In this document: positions 38,540 to 51,111 of the stretch, in pieces | How positions within the stretch are numbered: position 1 is the stretch's first letter | How the letters are laid out: each line of letters opens with the position of its first letter | Assembly: GCA_951406725.2 (NCBI GenBank) | Contig: OX597831.1 | Location: forward strand, 65,224,001 to 65,288,000 | Length of the DNA stretch: 64,000 nt | Direction of reading: 5' to 3' | Source of the DNA: Octopus vulgaris | Taxonomy: Eukaryota | Notes under the pieces: generated by a model | What the model was told of the DNA's origin: nothing | Databases searched by the model: none | Seen by the model: the letters and a program-made list of their open reading frames with translations, nothing else | Program-made: the position numbers and the translations under genes

Positions 38540-38960
38540 TTAATAAAGAACTTATTTCCACAGATATTTCTAAATATTATATAATTGGCTAAAATTAATT
38601 TTTCCCCTCAAAAAAAAAAATTGCATCATACTACTGAACCATAAAACGATTATTTAGATAATTTTTAGATAGAATAAACATCTGGAGTGCGTTATTTCCG
38701 GAAGATAATAGAATCTGACAGATGTCAGAATATTTTTTCCTTAATAGATTTTTTTTTCGATTTAATTAATACTTAAAATTTTAACATTTCTGAATAAAGA
38801 ATTATATTTCGTTTGCGCTTGAATTAGAGATTGCGGGTAAATAATCGCGAAAACGGGTATTTTCCACCGGAAACTCGTGTTTCGGGGTGAGCACAGGTCG
38901 GTGTCACTTGCTGCTAATGGTGTGTCTATTCTTTTATATTTAATTCTCCAGCAGGTTCGA
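38540..38960. promoter_or_regulatory. Putative bidirectional promoter between IRP/ACO1 and SLC25A44
   Basis: Local CpG enrichment, palindromic ETS site TTCCGGAA (38696-38703), second CCGGAA near 38867, palindrome TGACAGATGTCA (38716-38727), E2F-like TTTCGCG on the minus strand near 38846-38852, and a candidate plus-strand donor ggg|gtgagc at 38887. Confidence 0.55.
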
Positions 38961-39041
38961 TTATATATTTACGTTTAACATACACACACATTCATATATA
39001 TACACATACATATACATACATACACACATATATATATACAT

Positions 39042-39077
<36 letters not shown>

Positions 39078-39080
39078 TAC

Positions 39081-39272
39081 TTTATATAATAAGGTTTCAT
39101 CAAAAAATGTACTTTACCACACACCGAACTTTTAGAAATAGCAGCCAAAGAATTTAAGCTATTTCCCCTACTATAAGAAGAAAAAGGGAAATAGCTAAAT
39201 TCTTTGGCTGCTATTTCTAAAATTTCGGTATGTGGTAAAGTAAATTTTTTTGATAAACCCTTATTATATAAA
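39081..39272. repeat. Long imperfect palindrome / MITE-like fold-back
   Basis: Arms of about 88 bp (tttatataataagg...gctatttccc / gggaaatagc...ccttattatataaa) with a spacer of about 17 nt. Confidence 0.9.
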
Positions 39273-42169
39273 ATAATGTTTAAATTCACCATAAATGGTC
39301 CTTTTACATACTGAACACTGCTTGGTAATATTATTAATTACTAATTAATTAATTTTACCCTTATATGTATATATATATATATATGTGTGTGTGTGTATAT
39401 ATATATATGTATATATACACTAACCAAATTTTAGTTCTTCCTTTTTAATAAATAATAAAAATTCCTTAATTTTTTTGAATTAATTTGAATAATTAATTAA
39501 AGGGTGTTTTACAAAATTACTAAACTTTGATACATGAATATGAATAGTATGGTGTTAAAGCCGAAAATATATAAACAATAACCATTTGTTTTATGTTTAC
39601 ATCTTATGTAATTAAAGTGGTTGTGCAACCTTGACAATCACCTGCTTAGTTAGAAATGTGTGTTTATCTCAAACACTGTAAACCTTTTGTTGGATACATT
39701 TACTGGTAAAAAGCTGCTACATTTCTTTCTGTTTACATATATATTTTTTTTCTATCTATTGCTTTATGGCAATTAATTTGTATTCATGAACATAATTTGA
39801 TTTTATTCCCTTATTTTCTGATGGTCATTCATTTTCTAGCACTTGTAGTTATTGCTATTAACGCACTCTTACAATTAACCTGACCAATATTCAGTTGTCT
39901 ACAGCAGTTATTACTTTTAGACATCTATAGAAAGCCTTTAAATAAGTTCTCCTTTTGAATTGTATTCCGAAAGTTTCTCTAAATATATCTAATGTTTGTT
40001 TGCTGGCATTCTTCAATATATACCATTATATAACTATTTATCTCGGATGGATGAATGGTTTAGCCATTTAGTTCAAAAAGTCGTTCGTCGATATTTTGTC
40101 ATGTATGGAATTTTCTTTATTGATAGATACATTTAAAGAAATTTCATGAAAGATGTTGAAAATTTCTACAGGAATATTTGATTTATATTTTAAGACGACG
40201 TTCTAGATTAAGATTATTTAAAGTGCTTAGTTGATTTGCTTGTAACCTTATTAGGTCATTGGGGCACCTCTAATGAAGGAATTTTATAATCACGAAACAG
40301 ACCCTTCGAATATGAACAATCAAGATTCGAGAAAACTTCTAATGGTCAACATCTAGTTATAAGTTTCGGTTAGTAAAAGGAATAAATATCGAAAAATGTT
40401 AGAGTGCTGTGATGTGAGGAAACATCTCTGATTTCAAGCAACAACCGATTATAGATCGATGTTGATCATACTTCCTCACACAACATACTGCTTATTATTA
40501 TTAAAATCATTATCTTTTTTATTAAGTTGACTGTATTTTTGTATATTAGTAGAATTTCAATGAATCCTAGTCATTATATATATTTTATACAGAAATAGTT
40601 CTCATTCCTACTGTAAATTAAATACCTACATGCTGTTGCTACTTCTAGCCTCATACGCCCCAAAGCAGACGATGCTCTTTTCCACTTGTTAGCTATCACA
40701 TACCTACCCACAATATAGATCAATATAGGACCCCCACCTCCTTTCTTAGGACAAAATCCCCAAGGACAAAAAAAAATGAATGTTTAAAATGTCACATAGG
40801 ACAAGAAACCCAGCGATTAAAAAATCCAAAATTCAACAAATACAGTGTAATCAGAATTTAAAAAGAAAAAAAAAACACCCCCAAATATAACCAAAAAAAT
40901 ATTTAAAAAATTAAATGATTAATTTACTAATTATTTTATTTTAGTTTAATATAACCAGTGATATAGCACAACACTAATGTGTTTATTATTGAATACATAT
41001 TCCACTATTTGCTGTATTTTAGAAATAAAATCTCTGAGCGAATGTTTTGTTAATAAAACGTTTAACCAAGGGCTTTATCCTTCTTTACACTTTCATAGGT
41101 GGCATTTTAAAACAGAGTTTTGTCCTAAGATTATTTTTTTGTCTGGATCTCAACCTAGATATCTTATGCCAGACTAGCTGTTTCTATAAGTAGAGAACCT
41201 CAACATGTTGAGGGCACATGATAGCCTCATCTCCTTTACTCCTGCCCTACAAGCTTCTCTATGCAAGCTGCTACATATGCACACACATACACACACACAA
41301 ACATTCTATTGACACCAACACACTGCAACCACTGGTTCACAGATATGCTGTTTATTCTCTCTTTCTCCAACAGCTTTTGCTCCATTGAACTACCCATACT
41401 ACAGACTACTCCTGTCTTTAACTAGTTAATGCATTTGTTGCTCCTCCTTGCACACATGCTGTTTTATACCATATCAGCCCTGATTATGCAGATCTTTCCC
41501 TCTCTCTTTGTTTGGGCATAGTGTATCTACAACTGCATTACACAGTGTGCATACTTTTTTTTATGACTATAGAGTGGGGTTTGTAGCTGATCTCAACCAC
41601 CCACATAGAAATTCCCATGTTTACTCGCATTTTTCTTAGCTGTGCCAAACTCACAGAAGTCATAACTGAAGATCAACCACATCAATTTCACTAGTCTGGG
41701 AGGAGGACCTTTAAAGGTTATGTTCCTTCTTAGTCAATAAAAAAAAATTATATTTGTCCTTTGATGATTAGTTTTAGTTTTGCATGCATTGAATTTCCAA
41801 ACAGTATTTTTGGAACTTGAAGATGAATTAATTGTAATCATAACCATTTTGCCATCTTCTTGCAGCCAGTTGTTACTTAGATTTCAGTCATCTTGAGTAA
41901 ACAGATGATCAATGACATTCCCATCATGACCATTCCATTTTTAGGGTATCTAAAATATTATTAACTAATGTGTCTTTAAGACTTCTTTCTTTTTCAAGCT
42001 ACCACAATAGAGATGTGTCACATAATACTACATCAGGAGTCTGTGTTCTCTCATTAACCTTGGTAAATCCTCACTTTCATGTTATGTGTTTATCAATAAC
42101 ATCAAGAGAATACCCTCCATCAGGCATTTGCCATATTCTGAATGCCTTAATTCCCTGGGCATGGACACA

Positions 42170-42613
42170 TTGAAACTCTGACGTCTGGCAGCTGACTTGG
42201 CAGACACCCATAAAATTATTAACCATCTTACTAACAATAACTCTGAACACCTTTTCAAACTCCACCTGTCTAACACCTGTGGACATGTTTACAAAGTCAG
42301 AAAGCAGCACAGCTCCCATGACTTTCGGAAACATTTTTTCACGCTAAGAGTTGCTGAAGCATGGAACAGACTGCCGGCATCAGTTGTTTGTTGTCGGAGC
42401 ACTGCATCCTTCAAAACTTCCATGCTTCCTGAGATTCGCCAAGCACTACACCTGATTTTCTCCCCTCCATACACACGCAAGCATGCATCTGACTCATACA
42501 CTGTTCACTTTCCAGACATTTGTACATTACTGCATATACTTTATATGCGCTTTTTGACAGGTTGTGGTGCACCTGAGCACTGTATGCAATAATTTCATTA
42601 TTATCATTATTAT
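42170..42613 (+). mobile_element. CR1/L2-type LINE 3' end with (ATT)n tail
   Basis: NTCGHVYKVRKQHSSHDFRKHFFTLRVAEAWNRLPASVV; second copy at about 48752-49120. Confidence 0.88.
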
Positions 42614-43645
42614 CAATGTAGTCACTAAAACATTGTTTTAGATGGTGATGGGATGATTTTAGATGCCTTTGCTTCTGTTTCTAGCAGATTGCGCAACCAC
42701 ATTTAGGTTCCCCAAATTTGTTTCAAATATTTTGTTTCTTTCATTCTTGGTCATTTAACTTTGCATAATCTTTCACCTAACTGGCAATAGTAGCTCACCT
42801 AATGCGAGAAATTGAAGGGAAACTACTCTGGAAGAAAGACTTACGACTTCCTGATAAGATGTGGGTGAGACTGGTCCATGCTTTATCAATATTAGATGAA
42901 TAAAGACATTACAACAAACAAAAAAATAAATAGATAAAAGATTATAACTCAACAATAAACTACTTGTAAACTGTTAGAATGTCATTACACCCAGCATTAG
43001 AAATATCTAGTATCTGCCTACGCAACAACTGTTACATTAACTAATTGTAGGCCTAATGATAGTCTGTCTAATCTGGTTCTTCTAATAATTCAAAAATTAA
43101 TTTTGAAGGTCATGCAGGGTTTTTTTTGTTTTTTACACTTTATATTGTTATATACAATACTTACAAAATTTTGTGTAATCTTTGAAGCTGACTTCTCAGG
43201 TGTGTTTTCTTGTGTTATTAATTAGCTCACTATTGTAACACTTCTGTAATTGTTTCTTTTTCTGTCACAGAGATTCTATCAATTTTATCAAAATTCATAA
43301 CGAAGTGTTTTCTATTTTCTTTAAAGAACTTCTAATTTACACAGTTTCAATGTTTATTAAAACTTTAATTCTTTATATTTTAAATTTGCAATAAGCTTTT
43401 TTTTTTCCTTTCAATTTTCAGGTTCCCCAGAGAAAAGAGCCTTATAATGGTTCCTTAAATATTTATGTAATTATGACTGTCAAATGTCAGCTGATTTCGT
43501 CAGTTTCGTTATAATTAACCAAAATGTACTGATTCAAGATGAGCTGAAAGAAAGCTAGAAGTGAATTCTGGAAGGACCAGGATGGATTTTGAAAATTTGT
43601 AACATACAATATTGCACTGATTTAGAATTGTACGTCTCTTTTGTC

Positions 43646-43865
43646 ATGGCTACTAACGTAAATAATATTAATTTACAAGTGATTGAATTTGAAATGCTGG
43701 ATAAGAGTAAATATTTTCCTTTAACAATGTTGAGTAGCTTCTCTGTAAGAGGAATCTTATATCCATTCTCCTTAATAAAAACTCGATTGCAAATTCAACG
43801 TGGGACAGCTTTATACAAAGGAACAATTGATGCCTTCATCAAAATTACTAGAAATGAAAGTGTCT
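43646..43865 (+). CDS. SLC25A44: SLC25A44-like mitochondrial carrier, first coding exon
   Basis: gtcATGG start; MATNVNNINLQVIEFEMLDKSKYFPL...LYPFSLIKTRLQIQ (carrier signature Px[DE]xx[KR]x[KR], variant form); donor T|gtaagt. The acceptor of this exon is probably ttttcag| at 43421. Confidence 0.93.
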
Positions 43866-44099
43866 GTAAGTAAATTGGATTTTCTTTGATATTGATTCCA
43901 TTTCTTTGCTGGGCCTTTTTAATATTATATTGCTTCAACAATTAGTTGACAGAGTACCAGATTACAAACTTTGGTCTTCTATTTTCAGTGTTCAAATTCC
44001 ATCAATGATTGGTGAAATGAGTAACATTTGTGCATGTAGGTTGATTTAAGCAAATATTCCCCTTCAGAATTGGCCCTTGGCTCTTTTTGACTGTTCGAC

Positions 44100-44506
44100 T
44101 TCTATTATATGGCTCAGGAACCTGGACGTTATTAAAGAAGCTTGAGAGGCGGTTGGATGGAACTTACACTCGCCTCTTTATGAGAGCTCAAAATCTCTCG
44201 TGGAAGCGTCATCCAACCAAAGTCCAAATATATGGGAAATTACCACCTGTATTCTCTTTTGTGAAAGGTAGGAGAGTCGTTTGCTGGATATTGTTGTAGA
44301 GCTGAAAACGAGGCAATTTCTACTCTTCTCCTCTGGAAGCCATCCACTCGCGATACCTGAGGGCGCACACTCTCCTACCCTGATGTAATCTCCAGGGATA
44401 CAGGCATCCAGCAACAGGACCTCCGTAATGCTATGATGGACCGTGAAGTCTGGCGTAGCATAGTAAATTCCATTGTCTCGACCACGGTCGAACAATGATG
44501 ACGATG
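44100..44506 (+). mobile_element. 5'-truncated RTE-clade LINE 3' end
   Basis: LLYGSGTWTL...; same 3' end as 11508-11802. Confidence 0.88.
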
Positions 44507-47098
44507 TCTCTTTTCAAGATATCAGTAATATGTTCCTTTAGGAAAGTAGTAGAGTGTAGAAATTAGCTCCTGATAAACTGAATCTAGAATTTAATTTCAA
44601 TCTTTATTTCGGTTGCATATTTCCAATATGCTTTATGAAAATATGCAAGTTACACTTGCTCTTTCCTGAGAACATGTGAAATATGCATATAATTATTTTT
44701 ATGGGTTAATGAATTTTAATGAATCTGGGGAATGCAAATAATAGTTTCTAAGGTAAGTATAAGGGTGTAAATTTTGTATATGCACAAAATTCTTTTGTAG
44801 GTTGCTATTTCTAGCAGACTGAGTAGCTATGTAGAGGCTCCTGTAATGGATTAGCATAATTTTATTTACTAAATACTCGACTGGCACTTCATTGGTTGCA
44901 ACAATGAGTGTTCCAGTTGATCCAATGAATGGAACAGCCTGCTTGTGAAAGTAACATGCAAGTGGCTGAGTACTCCACAGATACATGTACCTTTATCATA
45001 GTTCTCATGGAGATTCAGCATGACACAGAATGTGACAAGGCTGGCCTTTTGAATTGCAGGTATAACTCACATTTTGCCAGCTAAGTGAACTGGAGCAATG
45101 TGAAATAAAGTTTCTTGCTCAAGGACACAACACAATGCTGGGAATTGAACTCATGATCTTACAATTGTGAACCAAATACCACTAACCACTAAGATATGTA
45201 CCTTCAGATTTTATTGAATAAGTGACGATGTGATGCTGACAAACTCTGATGCATTCAATCTTTAAACACCTATTACTGTAACTTAGAACTTGCTCTGTGT
45301 TTATGTTTCTAAGTACCTTACTCACACCTCATTATGACCCCTAGTGCTTCCCTTTGTGATTCCATTTCAAATAAGAGTAAATGGAATCATATTTCATACA
45401 TATTTCTCCTGTATAACCTTGTCTAGAAATCCTTCAAATTTTCATCCAAAACCAAAATGGCAAAAACCTGTATTTAAAACCCAAGAGAGAAATAAATAAT
45501 TAAATATTATCAGCTGTAATAAGTTTACTACAAGTTCAATACAGGAACTAGCAATTGGCAGGGTTTCAACTCAGTTTGTAAAGCTGTAACTAAATTTTGC
45601 AAAACAGTTTGTTTACTGTTCTTACGATTCTGCCAATTCACTTCCCTAAAAAATTGCATTACTGACACAGTTAATTCCCAGGATTAAAATAATAATAATA
45701 TTAATAATAATAATGATAATAACAATAATAATCTTTTGTTTATTAACCAAAAAGATCAAGGATTGTACAAGACAATACAGTGTGGAATTACAATAACAAA
45801 AAATCATATAAAGAAGGGAAATAACAAAAAAATTCAAAGTAAAATTTCCTAAAATGAGAGAATTCTGAGGGCTACCAGAGGAAACCAAACATAAATCATG
45901 GTTACCCTGACCACTAAAGCTTTCCCATGTGTTTTCCTTCAATCTAATAAGTCCATACTCAGAGCAGGTCTATTCACTCAGACCATGCTTACCACGCTAA
46001 CTTTCTCCTTTAAATGAAAGGTGAAAATGCTGATGAGGGCTTGGCCAAGGAAGATGGTACTTGTCTTCAATCTTTTCAGTCTTGGCCACCTCACAACCTC
46101 TTTTGTCAAGGCCAACAAAGAGATAAAAATTGCCTGTCCTTCCAGGTGGTGGGATAATCTTCGCAGTGGACTAAGCTGATGATAGCTGGATCTGTTTTTC
46201 ATGTGACAGCAGCTGTTCAACATAACATTAAACCATTCTGCATGCACTCATCCAGTGATAAAGCATTGCCATGCATTTTATGAATGCATGTAGAATGGTT
46301 TCATTGCCTGGTGCACATCTTGGACAGTGCACAGCTGTGGACAAGCATTTCCATGGTTCTAGAATTTATCTTAAACCAGCAGTACTGCCCAGTAGCATTA
46401 CCTAGCCAAAGATAGATATATGGAAATCATCCATGGGTTCCAGTTTGAAAGTCCTCTAGAATAGATCCAACAATTGATTTTCATCGACATCCAGAATTTT
46501 CCCGAGAACTTTGTTGCTTTTGCTCTCCTGTTAATCCTCTATAAAATGCCAACATGGAACTTTAACCTACTGCATCACCAAACTAGTAGAGGGCTGTGAG
46601 TACTTGACAACATTCCAGATGACAAGTACCTTGTCTCAAACTTTGCTTCACCTATGACTGAATGATATTGACTCTACCACCTCCTCCACCAAACTTTCTG
46701 ACCCTGTGCTCTCTTAGAAATAATCTTTATTGTTTAAGATAGTAGACTGGCAAAATCTTTATGAAATTAGATCTCTCTACATTAAAATTTGAAATCTCTC
46801 CAAGGTCAACTTTAGTCGTTCCTTTTGAAGTGGGTAAACTGAGGACTAATTTAAAGTACTTATTGGGTTTTAATTTAATCAACTGTACTCTTCTTAGAAT
46901 TTGTGTACTTATGCAGCCATCTGGCTCACCAGTCCTCAGTCAAACCGTCCAACCCATGCCAGCATGGAAAGCGGACATTAAACGATGATGATGATGATGT
47001 TTATCTAGAAGTATGTTTTGTGTTGATATCTTGTTATAAAACAAAAAGCAGATATAAAAAATTAATTATTTATTCTCATATATGCTTTCATTTCATAG

Positions 47099-47542
47099 TT
47101 GGCCTTTATCGTGGATTCTGGATTAATGCGTTACAAGTTTTACCAACAGTTGGATACATTTCAACATATGAAACTACACGGCAATTCCTGAAAGAAAACT
47201 CTGATTTAAGAGAAAGCAAGTTGCGTTCCTTTATTTCTGGGGGTGCTGCTTCATTGGTAGGTCAGACTATGTCGGTACCTATTGATATTGTATCACAACA
47301 CATAATGCTGCTTGGACAGAGAACTTCTAAAAAGACAGATGTTGATCAAAAGTTGATGAAATTACAAACTTTACACATTTCTGAAAAAGCCCGTCTATCC
47401 AATTTTGGTTCTGCACCAGAAATTATTCAACAAATATACATTCGAGATGGATTGAGAGGTTTCTACAGAGGATACTTTGTGTCAATTTTAGTTTTTGCAC
47501 CAAATAGTGCTCTTTGGTGGACATTTTATGATACATACACAT
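47099..47542 (+). CDS. SLC25A44: SLC25A44-like coding exon 2
   Basis: ttcatag| ... T|gtaagt, 444 nt; FGLYRGFWINAL...VPIDIVSQHIM...DGLRGFYRGY...APNSALWWTFY. Confidence 0.95.
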
Positions 47543-47688
47543 GTAAGTTATTGCAGTCTTTCTCCATTTACATATCTACTTTAAAAAATTGTTATTGTAT
47601 TTATTGTAAATCTATAATAATTAATTTTTCTGATGTTCTGGTTGAATGCTTAAAATCTAATATGTTGTTATATTTCATGGCACTGTTT

Positions 47689-47992
47689 GTGGAGGCACAT
47701 GGCCTAGTGGTTAGAGCAGCGGACTCACAGTCGAGGGATCACGGGTTCGAATCTCAGACCAGGTGATGTGTGTGTTTATGAGCGAAACACCTAAGCTCTA
47801 CGCAGCTCCGGCAGAAGGTAATGGTGAAACTTCCGCTGACTCTTTCGCCACAACTTTCTCTCACTCTTTCTTCCTGCATCTTGCAGCTCACCTGCGACGG
47901 ACCGGCGTCCCGTCCAGGTGGGGAACCTATTCGCCAAGAAACCGGGAAACCGACCCTTATGAGCCAGGCATGGCTCGAGAAGGAACAAACAA
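47689..47992 (+). mobile_element. Young tRNA-derived SINE (family C)
   Basis: A-box tggcctagtggttagagc, B-box gggttcgaatct; 13-bp TSD catggcactgttt at 47676-47688 and 47993-48005. Confidence 0.92.
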
Positions 47993-48751
47993 CATGGCAC
48001 TGTTTAGAGAATTTGGGTTCAGTTGAGTTGAATAGACTGAACAAATAACAAGCAACAGAATCGAGCACTGACTGATTTATTAGTTAGATGTTCTCTTTAC
48101 ATCCAGAACTTCTTTTCAACATAAATGTCTCTTGTCATCTTATGTCCATACCAGTACAGTCTTCTTTTGTACACTACATCTGATTTCATCGATGGCCGTT
48201 TTTCCTTTCATCTCACCTGTGCTTCATCATTGTTGCATGCTGATATTATACATCTCACCTGTATGGTTCACCTCACCTGTGCTTCATCATTGTTGCATGC
48301 TGATATTATACATCTTGCTGAATATATGTGCCTAATTTTTCCTATCTTTTGCACCTGCTCTGTATTTAATGTCCATATTTCACTACTGTGCAGCATCACA
48401 TTTTGCACACAAGCATCATATAATTTGCTCTTCTCTCAAAGGCCAATGGAGGTAATAATTTTTCTCAAAGACCAATGGAGGTAATAATTTTTTGACATTT
48501 TTCTATAGTCCTAAATTCTGACAATATCTATCTCCACTGCTGATTACGTCACCTAGAAGCTATCAACTACTTCTAACAAGCCTTCTATGTAACTAAAGAT
48601 TTCATTTCTTGAGTGTTCTTATTCCTAACTATTTGTGTGCTTCTATTACAAATGAAGTCCTCTGTCAACCTGCCTCAGACTATACTGCACCGTTTGTGCA
48701 TCTCAAGTTTGCATTAGGTACACAGTATAGAAATCTTACATTCTCCTTTTA

Positions 48752-49120
48752 ACTCTGAGCACCTTTTCAAACTCCACCCATCTAACACCCGTGGACATGT
48801 TTACAAAGTCAGAAAACAGCACAGCTCCCATGACTTTCGGGAAAAATTTTTCACGCTAAGAGTTGCTGAAGCATGGAGCAAACTGCTGGCATCAGTTGTT
48901 AGTTGTCGGAGCACTGCATCCTTCAAAACTTCCATGCTTCCTGAGATTCGCCAACACTACACCTGATTTTCTCCCCTCCATACACATGCAAGGATGTATC
49001 TGACTCATACACTGTTCGCTTTCCAGACATTTGTACATTACTGCATATGCTTTATACGCACTTTTTGACAAGTTGTGGTGCACCTGAGCACTGTATACAA
49101 TAATTTCATTATATATTATA
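48752..49120 (+). mobile_element. CR1/L2-type LINE 3' end
   Basis: Near-identical to about 42240-42600. Confidence 0.88.
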
Positions 49121-50808
49121 TTCTGGGCATGACTACTTCCCAGATGGAAGAAGAGTTTTAGTTCTTGTTTTTTAAATCTTTTGTCTTTGCTAAGTTTACC
49201 TTTATATCACTTATTTTAGACCTGTGAGCATACATCGGGGTTACCCTGTGTAGTGGTAAATGGAAATTGTAGCTGTGATACCAGTGCTGGTGGCACATAA
49301 GAGAACCGTCCGAACGTGGCCATAGCCAGCGCCGCCCCGACTGGCCTCCGTGCCAGTGGCACGTAAAAAGCACCGTAGTTAGTTGAAGGCAGGATGAAAC
49401 AGCTTAATAACAACATCAGAGAGGAAAGGAATAATATTCACAAATTTATTTGCTGGCAGTGTTTGTAAAATCTACATAGTAGTAATTGACAATAGTAATG
49501 ATGTGCTGGTGGATACTGGTAAGTTGGTAGTGTGTAAGCTGTGCATTCTGCTGAGAGAGAGGAAGACAGGGTGAAGATTACATTGTCCTTTTCTATTCGG
49601 CCAATGTTCCTGGTTAATGACTGACATGAATAGAGATGTGTGTTCTCTATTAGCTGGTTGAACCAAAGAGGGCGAGAGAGAGAGAGAGGGATGATCTCAG
49701 TTATATAGGGTGTCAGATGTTTCTCATTGATCTCTAAGCATGGAGATAAAACACGATGGAATCAGGCAGTCATCTGATAAGCAACAAGTGTGTTGATTCC
49801 GTTTTGAATCTCAGTTAGGTAAGTCTGAGCAAGCCCCTACATCTGTTTCCACAATTTGAACTTTTCTTCTAATTCCTTAACTGGTGTCACAGACAGTCTG
49901 ACTTAAACTTCTCAAGAAGATTATAATGAACTGGGGAGAGCTGAGGACTGAACCCTGATAAACACTTAAAATCCTCACTGAACTTCTTGCTTAATTTCAC
50001 ACCTGTATATGGCTTCCACAAGCCATTTACCTACACTTAATTTCCTTAATGATGATCAGATTACAGGATATAAGTACTCTGTCAAATATGTTATCCAAAT
50101 CCTCAAATGCTTGTTGTTTGCTCTTAGCTAAGAATGTCTTGTAGTTGTCTCATTAAGAAGATGGCATCAATGGTTTCTCTTCCTGGTACAAACATGAACT
50201 GTTTCTTACTTTAATTAATTCACTCCCTGTGCTAGAATTTTCGTTCTACATCAAGCCAATGCCTCTGAAACTACTTCTTTGCTTCATAGCAGTTGATGCT
50301 ATACCAGTCATTGTGGATAAACCTCCCTTGCACTACTTGATTGCCCAGGTAAGGGACTGCTATGTACTCAACTTCACCAGATATTTTCAACGTCTTGGCA
50401 AATGTCCCCGATGATCCCCTACTGCTTACCTTTCCATCATATCTTAAATGGCCATTTGAATCACACAGCAATTAACCTTGATACCTATTACCATCTGTTA
50501 AATCTATTGGTGATAATCCTTTCCTCTCGTACACATTCTCCTCATTCAGGAACCAATTGTTGTTGCATTTTCAATTTTCTCTTTTTCTTGGTCCCAGGAA
50601 GAGTAAGTGTGCCACTATCATTATGGACACATTTTTTCACCAACAACTTCTTGATATACACTAACACACTGTCTTGCATGCCTATACTCCCCTGGCACAG
50701 AACATTGGCCGATGTCTTACTTTGAGCTTCTTGCTAGAAATACTTGGCATCAAGTTACTTGATATAATTTGTTCCATACTTGCCAGCCTTACCTCTTAAC
50801 TTTTATAT

Positions 50809-51111
50809 TGTTTGTTCCTTCTCGAGCCATGCCTGGCTCATAAGGGCCGGTTTCCCAGTTTCTTGGCGTATAGGTTCCCCATCTGGATGGGACGCCGGTC
50901 CGTCGCAGGTGAGCTGCAAAATGCAGGAGTAAAGAGTAAGAGAAAGTTGTGGCGAAAGAGTCAGCAGAAGTTCGCCATTACCTTCTGCCGGAGCCGCATG
51001 GAACTTAGGTGTTTTCGCTCATAAACACACACATTGCCTGGTCTGAGATTCGAACCCGCGATCCCTCGACCGCAAGTCCACTGCTCTAACCACTAGGCCA
51101 TGTGCCTCTAC
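50809..51111 (-). mobile_element. Young tRNA-derived SINE (family C), inverted relative to 47689-47992
   Basis: 12-bp TSD taacttttatat at 50797-50808 and 51112-51123. Confidence 0.92.

Noticed and set aside
47689-47765. tRNA gene-like sequence with A and B boxes
   Set aside because: It is the head of a TSD-flanked SINE with no proper acceptor stem; the same applies to the other tRNA-like heads.
48210-48492. Short tandem duplications (about 44 bp and 29 bp)
   Set aside because: Local slippage inside decayed repeat sequence; no sign of function.
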